DNA of 64,000 nt from Candidatus Bathyarchaeota archaeon (GTDB lineage: Archaea; Thermoproteota; Bathyarchaeia; Bathyarchaeales; Bathycorpusculaceae). Below the pieces are notes generated by a model. It made no database searches. It was not told where the DNA came from and saw only the letters and a list, made by a program, of their open reading frames with translations. Below, piece after piece: positions 1 to 10,184 of the stretch. The position numbers and the translations under genes are program-made. The DNA is taken from positions 25,944 to 89,943 of the forward strand of contig CAVRFW010000006.1 of NCBI GenBank assembly GCA_963720565.1, in the 5' to 3' direction. Numbering within the stretch: position 1 is the stretch's first letter; every line of letters starts with the position of its first letter.

Positions 1-3000
1 TGTTTCGCAAATGTAGAGTGTGTACTTGTCAGATTCCTCGAGTAATCTGTCTCTGAGCAGCATGGCTGCGCCGTGTCCGATGAGGCAGTCTCTTTCCATC
101 TCGCCGAACCTTAAACCGCCGCCTCGTGCTCTGCCCTCTGTGGGCTGTCGCGTAAGCATCTGTACTTGTCCGCGAGCGCGGGCATGGATTTTGTCCGCGA
201 CCATATGGTGGAGCTTTTGGTAGTAGACTACGCCTACGAAGATGTCAGCTACGAATTTTTCACCGGTTGTTCCATTATAGAAGACTTCGCTTCCAGTATT
301 GCTGAATCCGAGCTTGACCAGACTCTTCCGTATTTCATCAGGTCCTTCATTAGCAAACGGCGTGCCATTCGCGGGTCTTCCTCTTGCCGATGCAGCTTTC
401 CCAGCGAGTGATTCGATAAATTGACCGATTGTCATTCTTGACGGAATTGCGTGTGGGTTGATCACTATGTCGGGGACAATGCCTTCATCCGTGAAGGGCA
501 TATCCTCTTGGGGCACAATAAGACCAATGACGCCTTTTTGACCGTGACGAGAAGCGAACTTGTCGCCTAGCTCGGGAACACGCTGATCGCGAACGCGTAC
601 CTTGACGAGTTTGCTTCCCTCTCCGGATTCGGTAATGAAAATTCCGTCAACAACGCCAGTTTCTGATGGCCTCATATCTGCGGATGTATCGCGCATCGAT
701 GGTCCTTTGACTTCGAACTCTTTGTATTCTTCCAGGAATCTTGGTGGACTTATTCTTCCGATGAGAACGTCGCCGCCGACCACGCTGGATTCCAGGCTTA
801 TTATACCGTCAGGCTCGAGAAGTCTGTAGTATTGTTCTCCGCGATATCCTCTGGTTCCTGCTTCGGGAACGATAAACTTGTCTTTTAGCCCGCCTAGGTA
901 TTGTCGACACTCAGCTTCATATATTCTGTAGAAGGTGGAACGGGCTAGACCACGTTCTATTGAGGCTTTGTTGAAGATTAGGGCATCTTCCATGTTGTAG
1001 CCTTCGAACGAGAGCACTGCCACAACACAGTTTTGTCCTGTGGGACGTTGTTTATAGCCTATTACGTCCATCAGTTCAGTCTCTACCAAAGGCATCTGTG
1101 GATAATGCAGAATGTGAGATCGCGAGTCTACTCGGTGATGGAAGTTTGTTCCGTAAACGCCCAACGCTTGCTTTGCCATTGCGGCCTGGTAAGAGTTGCG
1201 TGGTGATTGATTGTGCTCGGGATAGGGTATCGTTGAAGCGCATATGCCCAATATCGTGTAGGTAGCAATTTCGGAGTGTGTATTTTGCGGTCCAACCTTG
1301 TCCAGAGAAACTGCCAGGAGCGCATTCTCTTCCTCTTCAGCATCCAAGTATTCAACCAACCCGTTCTTGACGAGATCTTCCCAAGTCCATTCTCCTAACG
1401 CTATTTTTTCGAAGTGATTGGGCTGAAGCTTCGAGACGCCGTTTTCAACGATAATTAGTGGTCTTCTTACTCTGCCCTCGTCGCAGTTTGCATGCACTTC
1501 TTCTGTTTCACTGAACTGCTTTGAGAAGTAGGTTATGTTAACTTCAGTTGAGATTTCGCCTGCCCTTCTCTTTTCTCTAAAGGACTTAACTGTGCGCTCC
1601 GCAGAATCGACGTATCCGATGATGTTGCCATCAACGAAGACTTTGGCTCCAGAGATTCTCAAATCCGTGGTGGCTTCGTAGGCTGGAATTGTGCCCATTT
1701 CAAAGAGCAGCTGCTTAATCTTGTCAGGGTTAACTCCAACGCTTATCGATGCAGACAACGCGAGGTTCTTTACCAGACCACAGTTAGATCCTTCCGGCGT
1801 TTCATTGGGGCACAAACGTCCCCAGTGGGTCGGGTGCAGATCTCGAGCCTCGAAGTTTGGCTGGCTCCTGCTCAGAGGTGACTGAAGCCTGCGCAAGTGA
1901 CTGAGTGTGGAAATGTAATTTGTTCTATCCAAGAGTTGCGTTATACCAACTCGGCCTCTTCCCCAGTTTCCAGTAGCAAGCGCATGTTGGAATCTCTCTG
2001 TAATTATTCCCGGACGAACTGCAGCGGAAACGGTAATTATTGGGCCTTTTACGCCGATTCGCTCAAGTTGGTACTTTATGTCCCGGGTTAAGTTTCTGAA
2101 GGAAACACGGAATAGGTCAGCAAGAAGCGGACCGGCAAGTCTTAGACGTTTGTTCTTGAAGTGGTCTTTGTCGTCTGGTTGCCTTCTGTTGAGTTTAAGC
2201 TGGATTATGCGGTAAGCCATTTCGCCCAGGAAAATGGCTTTGTCTTTTCTGTTCTTGTCGCTTCTACCCAAGTGGGGTAGGAAGTTCTTGTCAAGTGCTG
2301 TCTCAGCCTTTTGAAGACGGTACTCTTCCACTTGCCCATGAGCGACTCGATTCCCAATGAAAAGAATCGCTTCGGCGGGTGTGTCGACGCCTATAGCTTT
2401 TTCGAATGAGGCAGCAAGTTCATGCTGAATATCTTTATCGAGCGAAACCGCCTCAGCTATATCTTTATCTTTTTCCAAGGTCAGCGCGCGTAATATAACC
2501 ACAAAGGGAATCTCGGTTGGAACGCCTGGCATTGTGACGTAGATTGCATCATCAGATTTCAGTTTTAGTTCTATTCTAGCCCTGAAACCTACGGTGGTAG
2601 AGAATATTTTAGCTTGATAAACTGGCGATGTTCCTTTTTCATCTATGTCGACTATAACGCGGTTTGGTGCTAAGTCTTCCATAGCAACTATGACGCGTTC
2701 AGAACCGTTAACGACGAAATAGCCCCCTGTGTCATCTGGATCCTCTCCTGCAGCGATAAGTTCTTCTTTTGAGAGTTGAGAGAGGAAGCAAAGTTTTGAC
2801 TTCAGCATTACAGGTATATTTCCGATGTAAACAAGTTCCGTATCCTGTTCTCTTCCATCTATTACCGGCGTCATTTCCAGTGCAATGGGCGCTGAGTATG
2901 CTAGGTTACGCAATCGGGCTTCCGTGGGGTAAATTTCATGCTTTGTACCGTCAACTTCAGTGGCATACGGTCCTGTTATGCGCGATTGAGGATCAATTAC

Positions 3001-3204
3001 CCATATCTGTCCGAGCTTAACTTTGTAGGGGCTCTCTGGAACTTCTATCGGGATTTCGCCAACTTCGTCAACAACCTCTTGTAAACCGTGGTCTATGAAC
3101 TCGTTGTAGCTGTCAAGGTGCTGGCGGACAAGACCTTTTTCATTAAAGAATGTTTTTAGTAATGAACGAATATCTTCTTTCTGAATTTCAGTCAATTTCA
3201 TCAT
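1..3204 (-). CDS. rpoB: DNA-directed RNA polymerase subunit B, single unsplit gene, runs off the window edge
   Basis: Read manually on the minus strand (absent from the ORF track because no stop lies in the window). Starts MMKLTEIQKEDIRSLLKTFFNEKGLVRQHLDSYNEF and contains GYFVVNGSERV, ETPEGSNCGLVKNL, GYNMEDA, GDKFASRHGQKG and GGLRFGEMERDC. The two ends are in the same frame. Confidence 0.97.
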   Translation of the reverse strand, partial: MMKLTEIQKEDIRSLLKTFFNEKGLVRQHLDSYNEFIDHGLQEVVDEVGEIPIEVPESPYKVKLGQIWVIDPQSRITGPYATEVDGTKHEIYPTEARLRNLAYSAPIALEMTPVIDGREQDTELVYIGNIPVMLKSKLCFLSQLSKEELIAAGEDPDDTGGYFVVNGSERVIVAMEDLAPNRVIVDIDEKGTSPVYQAKIFSTTVGFRARIELKLKSDDAIYVTMPGVPTEIPFVVILRALTLEKDKDIAEAVSLDKDIQHELAASFEKAIGVDTPAEAILFIGNRVAHGQVEEYRLQKAETALDKNFLPHLGRSDKNRKDKAIFLGEMAYRIIQLKLNRRQPDDKDHFKNKRLRLAGPLLADLFRVSFRNLTRDIKYQLERIGVKGPIITVSAAVRPGIITERFQHALATGNWGRGRVGITQLLDRTNYISTLSHLRRLQSPLSRSQPNFEARDLHPTHWGRLCPNETPEGSNCGLVKNLALSASISVGVNPDKIKQLLFEMGTIPAYEATTDLRISGAKVFVDGNIIGYVDSAERTVKSFREKRRAGEISTEVNITYFSKQFSETEEVHANCDEGRVRRPLIIVENGVSKLQPNHFEKIALGEWTWEDLVKNGLVEYLDAEEEENALLAVSLDKVGPQNTHSEIATYTILGICASTIPYPEHNQSPRNSYQAAMAKQALGVYGTNFHHRVDSRSHILHYPQMPLVETELMDVIGYKQRPTGQNCVVAVLSFEGYNMEDALIFNKASIERGLARSTFYRIYEAECRQYLGGLKDKFIVPEAGTRGYRGEQYYRLLEPDGIISLESSVVGGDVLIGRISPPRFLEEYKEFEVKGPSMRDTSADMRPSETGVVDGIFITESGEGSKLVKVRVRDQRVPELGDKFASRHGQKGVIGLIVPQEDMPFTDEGIVPDIVINPHAIPSRMTIGQFIESLAGKAASARGRPANGTPFANEGPDEIRKSLVKLGFSNTGSEVFYNGTTGEKFVADIFVGVVYYQKLHHMVADKIHARARGQVQMLTRQPTEGRARGGGLRFGEMERDCLIGHGAAMLLRDRLLEESDKYTLYICET

Positions 3205-3659
3205 TCTCCCGCAAAATCATATTTTGAAACACACGTGTGCAATTTTTGGTTGCGGGTTTTCATCAAACTTTCGATTTCCTCCGATGTTGGATGGGTATCC
3301 AAATCGAAAAAGGATCTCCTATTTCTTAAGAGCACAAACCAATGCTTCATAGCTATCTAATAAACTTTTTTATGGAAGTACATACAAACTAAGGTCTTCT
3401 AAACTCTCTCAAAGTTATTACACGACAACTTCTTCCTAAGGTATATTTGTGCCCCGCAAAAGGCAAAAGAGAGAAGAAGTTCAACTAATCGCTTAAAATC
3501 ACATTTCAAGCATGCAGTTTTAGATCTTCGAATACTGAAAAAGGGTTTCAATTTTTTGTCAAGCGAGCGCAGAGCTAATTTGGAAGGATTATAGACAGCA
3601 CCGAGCTGATAAGCGGGAAATGATTAATAAGAAGAGATTCAGATTTTGTTAGACTGTGT

Positions 3660-3806
3660 GCAGCGGTAACCAAGCCAGGTCAAAGGTGAAAGAGCGCATC
3701 TAAGTGCGTTCCACTAAGGACTCAAGATCGACGCTTTGACTTGAGCGCCCTATGAGAAATCCTTTCCCGTAGGGGTTCGCAGGTTCAAATCCTGCCCGCT
3801 GCACCA
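3660..3806 (+). tRNA. tRNA-Leu(CAA) with two introns (3691-3717 and 3727-3758), CCA encoded
   Basis: Acceptor stem GCAGCGG/CCGCTGC, anticodon arm AAGGA-CTCAAGA-TCCTT after removing both introns, long variable arm, T arm GCAGG-TTCAAAT-CCTGC. Both introns have bulge-helix-bulge-like junctions. Spliced length is 88 nt. Confidence 0.93.
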
Positions 3807-3918
3807 TAAGTCACAACGACTTGCATATCACCCGCCACAGTTTTGGACGATACGCTCCAGTGAGTCTCCTATCGATGTTACAAATGCACACAAATAGTAT
3901 ACTCGTTTTCCAAAGCCC

Positions 3919-4516
3919 TCATGTTTTGCCGCCGACTTTTGAGAATGTGAGCCTTATTCTGCTTTTATGTTGCCTTGTCTGTCCTCCTGGGTAAACACAG
4001 AGGATGACACGGTAACCTGACAGCATTTTGTCATAGTCGTCGGTTACCTTATGGTATTGTAGATCTCGAAATTCTGGAAGTTGCTGCAGCACATGTTTTG
4101 CTGAGTTGCCAAGGACAAAAATCACTTTCGGGTCTAGCTCGGATATTTCTCTTCTCAAGAAACGGGCTGAACAAACTTCTAAAACCTTCAGATGGCACAT
4201 TTTTTCTGCTGACTCTTGTTCAGTCTGCATTTGATCGCATCGATGAGAGCAAATCCTTTGCCTTTGAATTCATCCAAAGAATTCAATCCCAGATGTTCAA
4301 GTACTTCTCTGCATAGGTTCGTGCGCTTGCGTCATCAACATCCTGACTGTAGAAGTACCGTTGCTTTCCATTCCACGGCGGAGATTCAGCAACGAACAAA
4401 ATTTCAACAGGCTTTCGTTGCCATTTCTCCTCCACCTTGTACTTGACATAGGGTTTTTCAGAAGGGTTAATTCTTTCCCGACTTTCGAATTTCAAGCATT
4501 CACTGGCAGAGGTCAA
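3919..4516 (-). pseudogene. Uracil-DNA glycosylase superfamily protein, broken across three frames
   Basis: ILFVAESPP (frame 1), GFALIDAIKCRL (frame 2), ELDPKVIFVLGNSA and CVYPGG (frame 3) are UDG-like motifs. Frame changes near 4320 and 4200. Confidence 0.7.
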
Positions 4517-4604
4517 TGTCGCGAGTGAGAGTCAAATGCGTCTCCTAACCGTTCTGAGTGAGCCAAGTTTTAATTATGCAGGGGCATTATTAAATTGAGA
4601 GAAG

Positions 4605-4955
4605 ATGAGGGAAGACACAAAAAACAAGGAATATACTGAGCAAGATTACCCAGAAGGAACTCTGGGTTGGAAAGCAAACAGAAAGCTGGCAGCTGTTGAG
4701 GAGCACGCGCTGAAAAGTGGAATAGTCTGCCTGTCTTTCGCCACTATTCTTCTGTTACCTGCCATTATCGAAATTCTATATTACAGCATGAACATGCATG
4801 GTCCTCTCCTGACATGGCGTGCAGGGGTAGAGCCTTACAGTTTGGCACAGTGGCATATGGTTGTATATGTTGTGGTTCTTCTAATGTTCGTCAGCGCCTT
4901 CTTCTACTTTGGCATAAGATTGGTTTGGCAAGGTCTTCATCAACGCAAGAAATAA
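4605..4955 (+). CDS. Hypothetical membrane protein with two TM helices
   Basis: 116-aa ORF with two hydrophobic segments and an AT-rich TATA-like element upstream. Confidence 0.6.
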   Translation: MREDTKNKEYTEQDYPEGTLGWKANRKLAAVEEHALKSGIVCLSFATILLLPAIIEILYYSMNMHGPLLTWRAGVEPYSLAQWHMVVYVVVLLMFVSAFFYFGIRLVWQGLHQRKK

Positions 4956-5297
4956 GCGTGTTCCCCTGAGCCCTAGAGCAAAAGAAATTTCAGATTTTAG
5001 TCAGACGATGCATTACGGTGGCTGGTTCAGAATGGATGAGTTCCACGGGGCAATTCCATTATAGGGGGCCTTGTTTGCAAGAAAAAAGAATAAATGTTTT
5101 CTCAGAGACTATTGTCTTTCTTCTTCTCCAGCAATGCTCTGTTGGTCCAGAAGCGAATCATCGAAGGGCGTAGTTGTCTTCTGCAGTGTAGATTATCTCA
5201 AAACGTTAATTGAATACCTGGAGTAGCCAACTAGAGCAGCTGTTCCAGCAATGCAATAGAGTGAGAGATGATTAAGAGGTGTTCTTTTGGGATTGAG

Positions 5298-5374
5298 TGG
5301 CGCCGCCTAAAGGACTCGAACCTTTGACCTACTGATTAACAGTCAGTTGCACTACCGGGCTGTGCAAAGGCGGC
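5298..5374 (-). tRNA. tRNA-Asn(GTT), intronless, CCA encoded
   Basis: Reverse complement folds as GCCGCCT/AGGCGGC acceptor, GCAC/GTGC D stem, ACTGA-CTGTTAA-TCAGT anticodon arm and AAAGG-TTCGAGT-CCTTT T arm. Confidence 0.96.
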
Positions 5375-5504
5375 AAAGCGTCACTTATTCAGTCTCAGCT
5401 TCACAAAAGTATTTAAGGTTAGTTATACAGAGCCGATAGGTTTCTAGAAAAATGTATATGAAGGTAATCCGCTATAAAACTAGAAAACCATCAAAGGGGA
5501 GAGA

Positions 5505-6074
5505 ATGGTGAGTTTGAAGGGAATAGTTGAGTTCAGGTGGCATGGCAGAGGCGGACAGGGCGCATGGACAGCTAGTGAGTTACTAGCGCGAACTGCGCTC
5601 CACGAGGGCAAATATATCCAGTCTTTTCCGGAGTTTGGCCCCGAAAGAATGGGAGCACCGGTGACTGCGTTCACTCGAATTAGTAATGAGGTTATCAGAT
5701 TACACAGTTCTGTTTACGAGCCAGACATCGTTGTGGTTTTGGATCCAACATTGCTAAAAACCGTTCCAGTAGCTTCCGGAGTGGATGACAAAGGACTTTT
5801 TATCGTTAACTCTGCAGATGAGCCAGTTAAGGTTCGAGAAAGCTTAAAAACAAAAAAAGGAAAACTCTGGACCATTCCTGCGACACAAATCGCTCTGAAA
5901 ATCTTGGGCATGTCTATAACCAATACGGCTATGCTGGGAGCAGTTGCTCGAGCCACTAACGTGGTATCTCTGGATAGTATTGAAAAGACAGTGAAGGAGC
6001 GGTTCAGAGCAGATCTGGCTGAGAAGAATTTCGCAGTTATTAAAGAGGCTTTTCAGGAGGCAAAACAAGAATGA
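5505..6074 (+). CDS. porC: Pyruvate/2-oxoacid:ferredoxin oxidoreductase gamma subunit
   Basis: WHGRGGQG and FPEFGPERMGAPV motifs; first gene of a gamma-delta-alpha-beta operon. Confidence 0.92.
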   Translation: MVSLKGIVEFRWHGRGGQGAWTASELLARTALHEGKYIQSFPEFGPERMGAPVTAFTRISNEVIRLHSSVYEPDIVVVLDPTLLKTVPVASGVDDKGLFIVNSADEPVKVRESLKTKKGKLWTIPATQIALKILGMSITNTAMLGAVARATNVVSLDSIEKTVKERFRADLAEKNFAVIKEAFQEAKQE

Positions 6075-6355
6075 CCAGCAATGAAGAGGGTTGGAAAGAA
6101 ACAGCGCCTGCAGCTGTATGCTCAAAATCGAGCAAACTTTTCTTAACAGGTGACTGGAAAACTTACATGCCTATCCGAGATAAGGCTAAGTGCACCATCT
6201 GTTTGACATGTGTACTTTTTTGTCCGGATGGAGCAATCCATTGGCACCCCGAGAAAGGAGACATCGAATTCGACCTAAGTTTTTGCAAAGGATGCGGAAT
6301 ATGTGCCAACGAGTGCCCAACTAAAGCCATAACGATGAAGCTGGAACAGGAGTGA
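6071..6355 (+). CDS. porD: Pyruvate/2-oxoacid:ferredoxin oxidoreductase delta subunit (2x[4Fe-4S])
   Basis: TGDWKT, CTICLTCVLFCP and CKGCGICANECP. Confidence 0.93.
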   Translation: MTSNEEGWKETAPAAVCSKSSKLFLTGDWKTYMPIRDKAKCTICLTCVLFCPDGAIHWHPEKGDIEFDLSFCKGCGICANECPTKAITMKLEQE

Positions 6356-6362
6356 ACGTGAA

Positions 6363-7592
6363 GTGAAGAAATCTGTTAAACAAGAAAGGATGGCTATGAG
6401 CGGAGACGAAGCCGTTGCTTATGCGGTTAAGCAGTCGGATGTAGATGTGGTTGCGGCCTACCCGATTACACCTCAGACGATAATTGTGGAGAAATTTGGT
6501 GAATATGTGGCTGATGGTGAGGTGCAAACTGAGTTTGTTTGTACCGAGTCTGAGCACAGCGCGTTGGCTGCTTCTCTTTCCGCCTCTGCGACGGGCGCTA
6601 GAACTTTCACGGCTACAGCCTCGGCTGGTTTGGCTTTGATGCATGAGATGCTTTTTGTGACTTCTGGTTGTAGAGCGCCAGTGGTTATGGCAGTTGCCAA
6701 CAGGGCTTTATCTGCTCCGCTTAACATTCACGGAGACCACTCAGATAGTATTGCTCAAAGAGACAGCGGTTGGATTCAGTTGTACGTTGAAAACGCGCAG
6801 GAAGCTTATGATTCGGTGATTCAGGCGTTCAGAATCGCGGAGGATTTTGGAGTGATGTTACCTATTATGGTGGGCTTGGATGGTTTCACGGTGAGCCACA
6901 CACTGGAAAATGTGGAAACGCTTCCGGATGAAGTGACCAAAGAGTTTGTTGGAACACGCCTTTTGCCGAATGTTCTTACACACGAGAACAAAAAAGTTCC
7001 TTTCAAACTTGACCCAGACAATCCTATGACTATGGGTCCAATGGCTTTGCCTAATTATTATTTTGAGTTTAAACGACAACAGGATGAGGCAATGAAGAAC
7101 GCTCTTGCTGTGATTCAGAAGGTAAACGATGAATACGCTGAGTTAACTGGTAGAAAATACGGCAATGGCCTGGTTGAAACTTATCGTCTCGAAGACGCGG
7201 AAATTGCAGCAGTCTGCATTGGCTCAACAGCGGGAACCATGAAAACTGTTGTTGACGAGCTGAGGCAAGAAGGCGTTAAAGCTGGGCTATTGAGATTGCG
7301 CGTGTTCAGACCTTTGCCGGTTGAAGAGATTAGAACGGCTTTGGAAAACGTGAAAGCAGTAGCTGTCTTAGATAAGAGCTTGAGTTTTGGCGGAAATGGT
7401 GGCGCGGTTTTTCACGAGGTTCGCCATATTCTCTACGATTCAAAAGCCAAACCCTATGTCGTAGACTATGTTTACGGCTTGGGTGGGAGAGATGCAAGTC
7501 CAAGAGAGCTTCGGGGCATATACCAAGACCTATTGCAGATAGTGAATAAGGGTGTGCAAAATCCGATTCAGTATCTGGGATTGAGAGAGTAG
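6363..7592 (+). CDS. porA: Pyruvate/2-oxoacid:ferredoxin oxidoreductase alpha subunit
   Basis: AAYPITPQT, ESEHSA, TATASAGL and NRALSAP. Confidence 0.93.
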   Translation: MKKSVKQERMAMSGDEAVAYAVKQSDVDVVAAYPITPQTIIVEKFGEYVADGEVQTEFVCTESEHSALAASLSASATGARTFTATASAGLALMHEMLFVTSGCRAPVVMAVANRALSAPLNIHGDHSDSIAQRDSGWIQLYVENAQEAYDSVIQAFRIAEDFGVMLPIMVGLDGFTVSHTLENVETLPDEVTKEFVGTRLLPNVLTHENKKVPFKLDPDNPMTMGPMALPNYYFEFKRQQDEAMKNALAVIQKVNDEYAELTGRKYGNGLVETYRLEDAEIAAVCIGSTAGTMKTVVDELRQEGVKAGLLRLRVFRPLPVEEIRTALENVKAVAVLDKSLSFGGNGGAVFHEVRHILYDSKAKPYVVDYVYGLGGRDASPRELRGIYQDLLQIVNKGVQNPIQYLGLRE

Positions 7593-7611
7593 ATGGAGGA
7601 AAGAGAAGAAA

Positions 7612-8586
7612 ATGACTAATCAAGAGTGGAAGTTTACTTCAAAAGATATTGCGGCAACGCCAGATTTGTTCTTGTCAGGCCACAGAGCTTGTGCTGGATG
7701 TGTACCTGCAACGGTATTGAGGCTTGTCATGAAAGCTACCCGTGGCCCAACTATAGTAACTGAAGCTACTGGTTGCATGGAAGTTGTTTCTGCGATTTAT
7801 CCGTACACATCTTGGGCTACACCATGGCTACACACTGCCTTTGAGACTGCTGCGGCAAACGCTTCTGGAATAGAAGCTGCGTTGAAGATAATGAAGAAGA
7901 AAGGCAAAGTCAAACAGGAGCATGTAGATGTTATCGCGTTTGCTGGTGATGGGGGTACATACGATATTGGATTTCAAGCATTATCGGGCGCCGTTGAGCG
8001 TGGTCACGATTTCCTGTTCGTGCTTTATGATAATGAGGCTTATATGAACACTGGAATCCAACGGAGCGGCGGAACCCCACATGGAGCTTCGACGACAACT
8101 ACACCTGCTGGCAGAGTTGTGCCAGGAAAGTTGCAATACAAGAAGCCCATTGCAGAAATTATGGTAGCCCATGATATGCCTTATGTAGCCACTGCTTCGC
8201 CATATTACTGGCGTGATTTGCTTACTAAGGTACGGAAGGGCTTGGAGGTTGAAGGACCGGCGTTCTTGCATGTGCTGGCACCTTGTCCTCGTGGTTGGCG
8301 AAGTGACCCGGCCAAATCAATCGAGTACTCGAAGTTGGCGGTGGAAACTTGTGTTTTTCCGTTGTGGGAATCGGTGAACGGACAGTGTCAGTTGTCAGTT
8401 CCAAGCAGGCTTGTCGCTCTTGCGCCGCAGAAGAAAAAGCCAGTTACTGACTATTTGCGGGGGCAAGGCAGATTCAGGCACATGTTTGGACCGCAAGGCA
8501 AGAAATTGCTGGAGGAAATGCAGCTAATAACGGATGAAAAATGGCAGCGTATACTTAAGAAATGCGGAATGGAAAAACAACCATAA
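7612..8586 (+). CDS. porB: Pyruvate/2-oxoacid:ferredoxin oxidoreductase beta subunit (TPP-binding)
   Basis: GHRACAGC, GDGGTYDIG...DNEAYMNTG and PCPRGW. Confidence 0.93.
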   Translation: MTNQEWKFTSKDIAATPDLFLSGHRACAGCVPATVLRLVMKATRGPTIVTEATGCMEVVSAIYPYTSWATPWLHTAFETAAANASGIEAALKIMKKKGKVKQEHVDVIAFAGDGGTYDIGFQALSGAVERGHDFLFVLYDNEAYMNTGIQRSGGTPHGASTTTTPAGRVVPGKLQYKKPIAEIMVAHDMPYVATASPYYWRDLLTKVRKGLEVEGPAFLHVLAPCPRGWRSDPAKSIEYSKLAVETCVFPLWESVNGQCQLSVPSRLVALAPQKKKPVTDYLRGQGRFRHMFGPQGKKLLEEMQLITDEKWQRILKKCGMEKQP

Positions 8587-8683
8587 CTTCTATTTTTCTT
8601 CTAAAATCAGTTGGACTGTATTCAGAGAAAAGACTGCTCGCCTTTTAGTCTGAATTGCGGACTGCGATGGTTGATTTTGTAGT

Positions 8684-8830
8684 CTAATCGTATCTTTTCA
8701 GCTTTATCATTTTGCGGTAATTCTTGAGGTCTTGTGAGACACTTCTTAGAAGGGTCAGTTCTTCCATTGTCTTTTCGAATTTTCTCATTTCTTCGTGGAC
8801 TTGTCTTTGCAGCATTTCTTCTTTGTCCAT
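8684..8830 (-). CDS. Small helical hypothetical protein (48 aa)
   Basis: Manual ORF MDKEEMLQRQVHEEMRKFEKTMEELTLLRSVSQDLKNYRKMIKLKRYD, with AAGGAG 6 nt upstream. Confidence 0.55.
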   Translation of the reverse strand: MDKEEMLQRQVHEEMRKFEKTMEELTLLRSVSQDLKNYRKMIKLKRYD

Positions 8831-9071
8831 ATTGTGCTCCTTCTTAGTGATTGTTATGTTTTGGAGGGGTCGTCATTGTTTGTTGGCTATCCAAGGGCCA
8901 ATCCGTCATCGAGGAGAAAGGAGAAGGCTTCGAGAACGGAAAAATCCTATTGGCTTGTTTGGTTTAGCCTTCAACCTCAAAGTTCCCTCCGCAACATCGT
9001 AAATCTTACGATGCGAGACTATTATAAAAGAATTATGGATTACTGCTAAACAAAGAACTAACTGAAAGTGC

Positions 9072-9638
9072 TCAGCTTATCGCCAGAACGCCTTCCAAAA
9101 TCTTCTGATCAGAAACATCTAGTTGCTTAGCCAACCACATCTTCAAAAGCGAAGACAATTTTGGAAGCTCGCCATTATAAGTAATAACCTGATTGCCCTT
9201 GAGCGCGTCAGCCTGAAAAGTCTTTTCTGTCTCCTTAACTATAAAAGACAGATTATTAGCCTGACAAGCCAACGTTTGAAAGTCTTCCCACTGTTTACAA
9301 CGCATAATCACAGACGGACTATACATCACACCAGTCTGCACCTGCGGAACCATAGTCTTTGGCTCGTTCACAACCGCAATCGGAGTCTCACTTTTGGGAG
9401 AGGTTGATAAGTAGCTAATCAGACTAGTGATCTCGTTCTGCAAACCACTTATTTTCTTCTCAACTTTCTCGACCTTGCCGCTAAGCTCTCCAGTTTGGCC
9501 TAACTGCTCTGTAACCGTGCCTAGTTCGTTTATCAGTCGGTCTAGGTCCTTCTCATGCTCTTTGAGAACATTAACTATGAAGTCTAATGCTTCCAATGCT
9601 TCATCTTTCGACTGTGGGTTCTTCGACATTAGTCCCAT
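9072..9638 (-). CDS. Hypothetical protein with N-terminal coiled coil and C-terminal alpha/beta domain
   Basis: 188-aa ORF with a heptad-rich N half and TTTATTTATA upstream. Confidence 0.75.
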   Translation of the reverse strand: MGLMSKNPQSKDEALEALDFIVNVLKEHEKDLDRLINELGTVTEQLGQTGELSGKVEKVEKKISGLQNEITSLISYLSTSPKSETPIAVVNEPKTMVPQVQTGVMYSPSVIMRCKQWEDFQTLACQANNLSFIVKETEKTFQADALKGNQVITYNGELPKLSSLLKMWLAKQLDVSDQKILEGVLAIS

Positions 9639-9877
9639 CTCTAACTTATAGCTAATTCAATACAGCTTACTATAAATAAACGTAGCGAATCCTCAAAACT
9701 TATCCATACGACGACACAACCATATTTATTCCCAATATGCACAACACTTGTACGGGTCGAAATGTCCTCATTTCACTCAGATTAGCTGTCTTCTGTCGTG
9801 TTCAACTGTGGCTGGGAGCTGCCCACTATCAGAAAAATACATCTGCAAACAATGCAACTGACGTATAAACAGAGTTT

Positions 9878-10165
9878 TTAGCGTGGATTCCAAATGCACC
9901 TAATCGCATCCTGCGTGCAGGCTAAGACACATGGTGTTTTCCCGTTCTCAGGCTTGCAGGACGAGCAGACATATTTTATGTTTTTGCGATCGTGCTCCGT
10001 GACCGCTGCTACAGTCTTATCTTCAAGATCTATCAACAGGGTTACCAATTCCAAGGCTGATTTTGGACACTGGTTTACACAATTGCTGCAACCAGTGCAT
10101 TTTCCAGCGTCAATTACAACGTAGTACTCGCCCGAACCGTCACTGTATCCATAATGGGTGATAAT
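9878..10165 (-). CDS. BzdM-like ferredoxin (start unresolved)
   Basis: Manual translation IITHYGYSDGSGEYYVVIDAGKCTGCSNCVNQCP...YVCSSCKP...PCVLACTQDAI. No in-frame ATG/GTG/TTG at the N-terminus; the ATG at 10172 is off by one base. Confidence 0.85.
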   Translation of the reverse strand: MITHYGYSDGSGEYYVVIDAGKCTGCSNCVNQCPKSALELVTLLIDLEDKTVAAVTEHDRKNIKYVCSSCKPENGKTPCVLACTQDAIRCIWNPR

Positions 10166-10184
10166 AAAGCATCAATCCCTTGTC

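Noticed and set aside
20..3020. Short ORFs on both strands in the ORF track
   Set aside because: They are shadows of the continuous minus-strand rpoB frame.
3807..5297. Intact integrative element at tRNA-Leu or tRNA-Asn
   Set aside because: No integrase and no duplicated tRNA 3' end (att repeat) found by eye.
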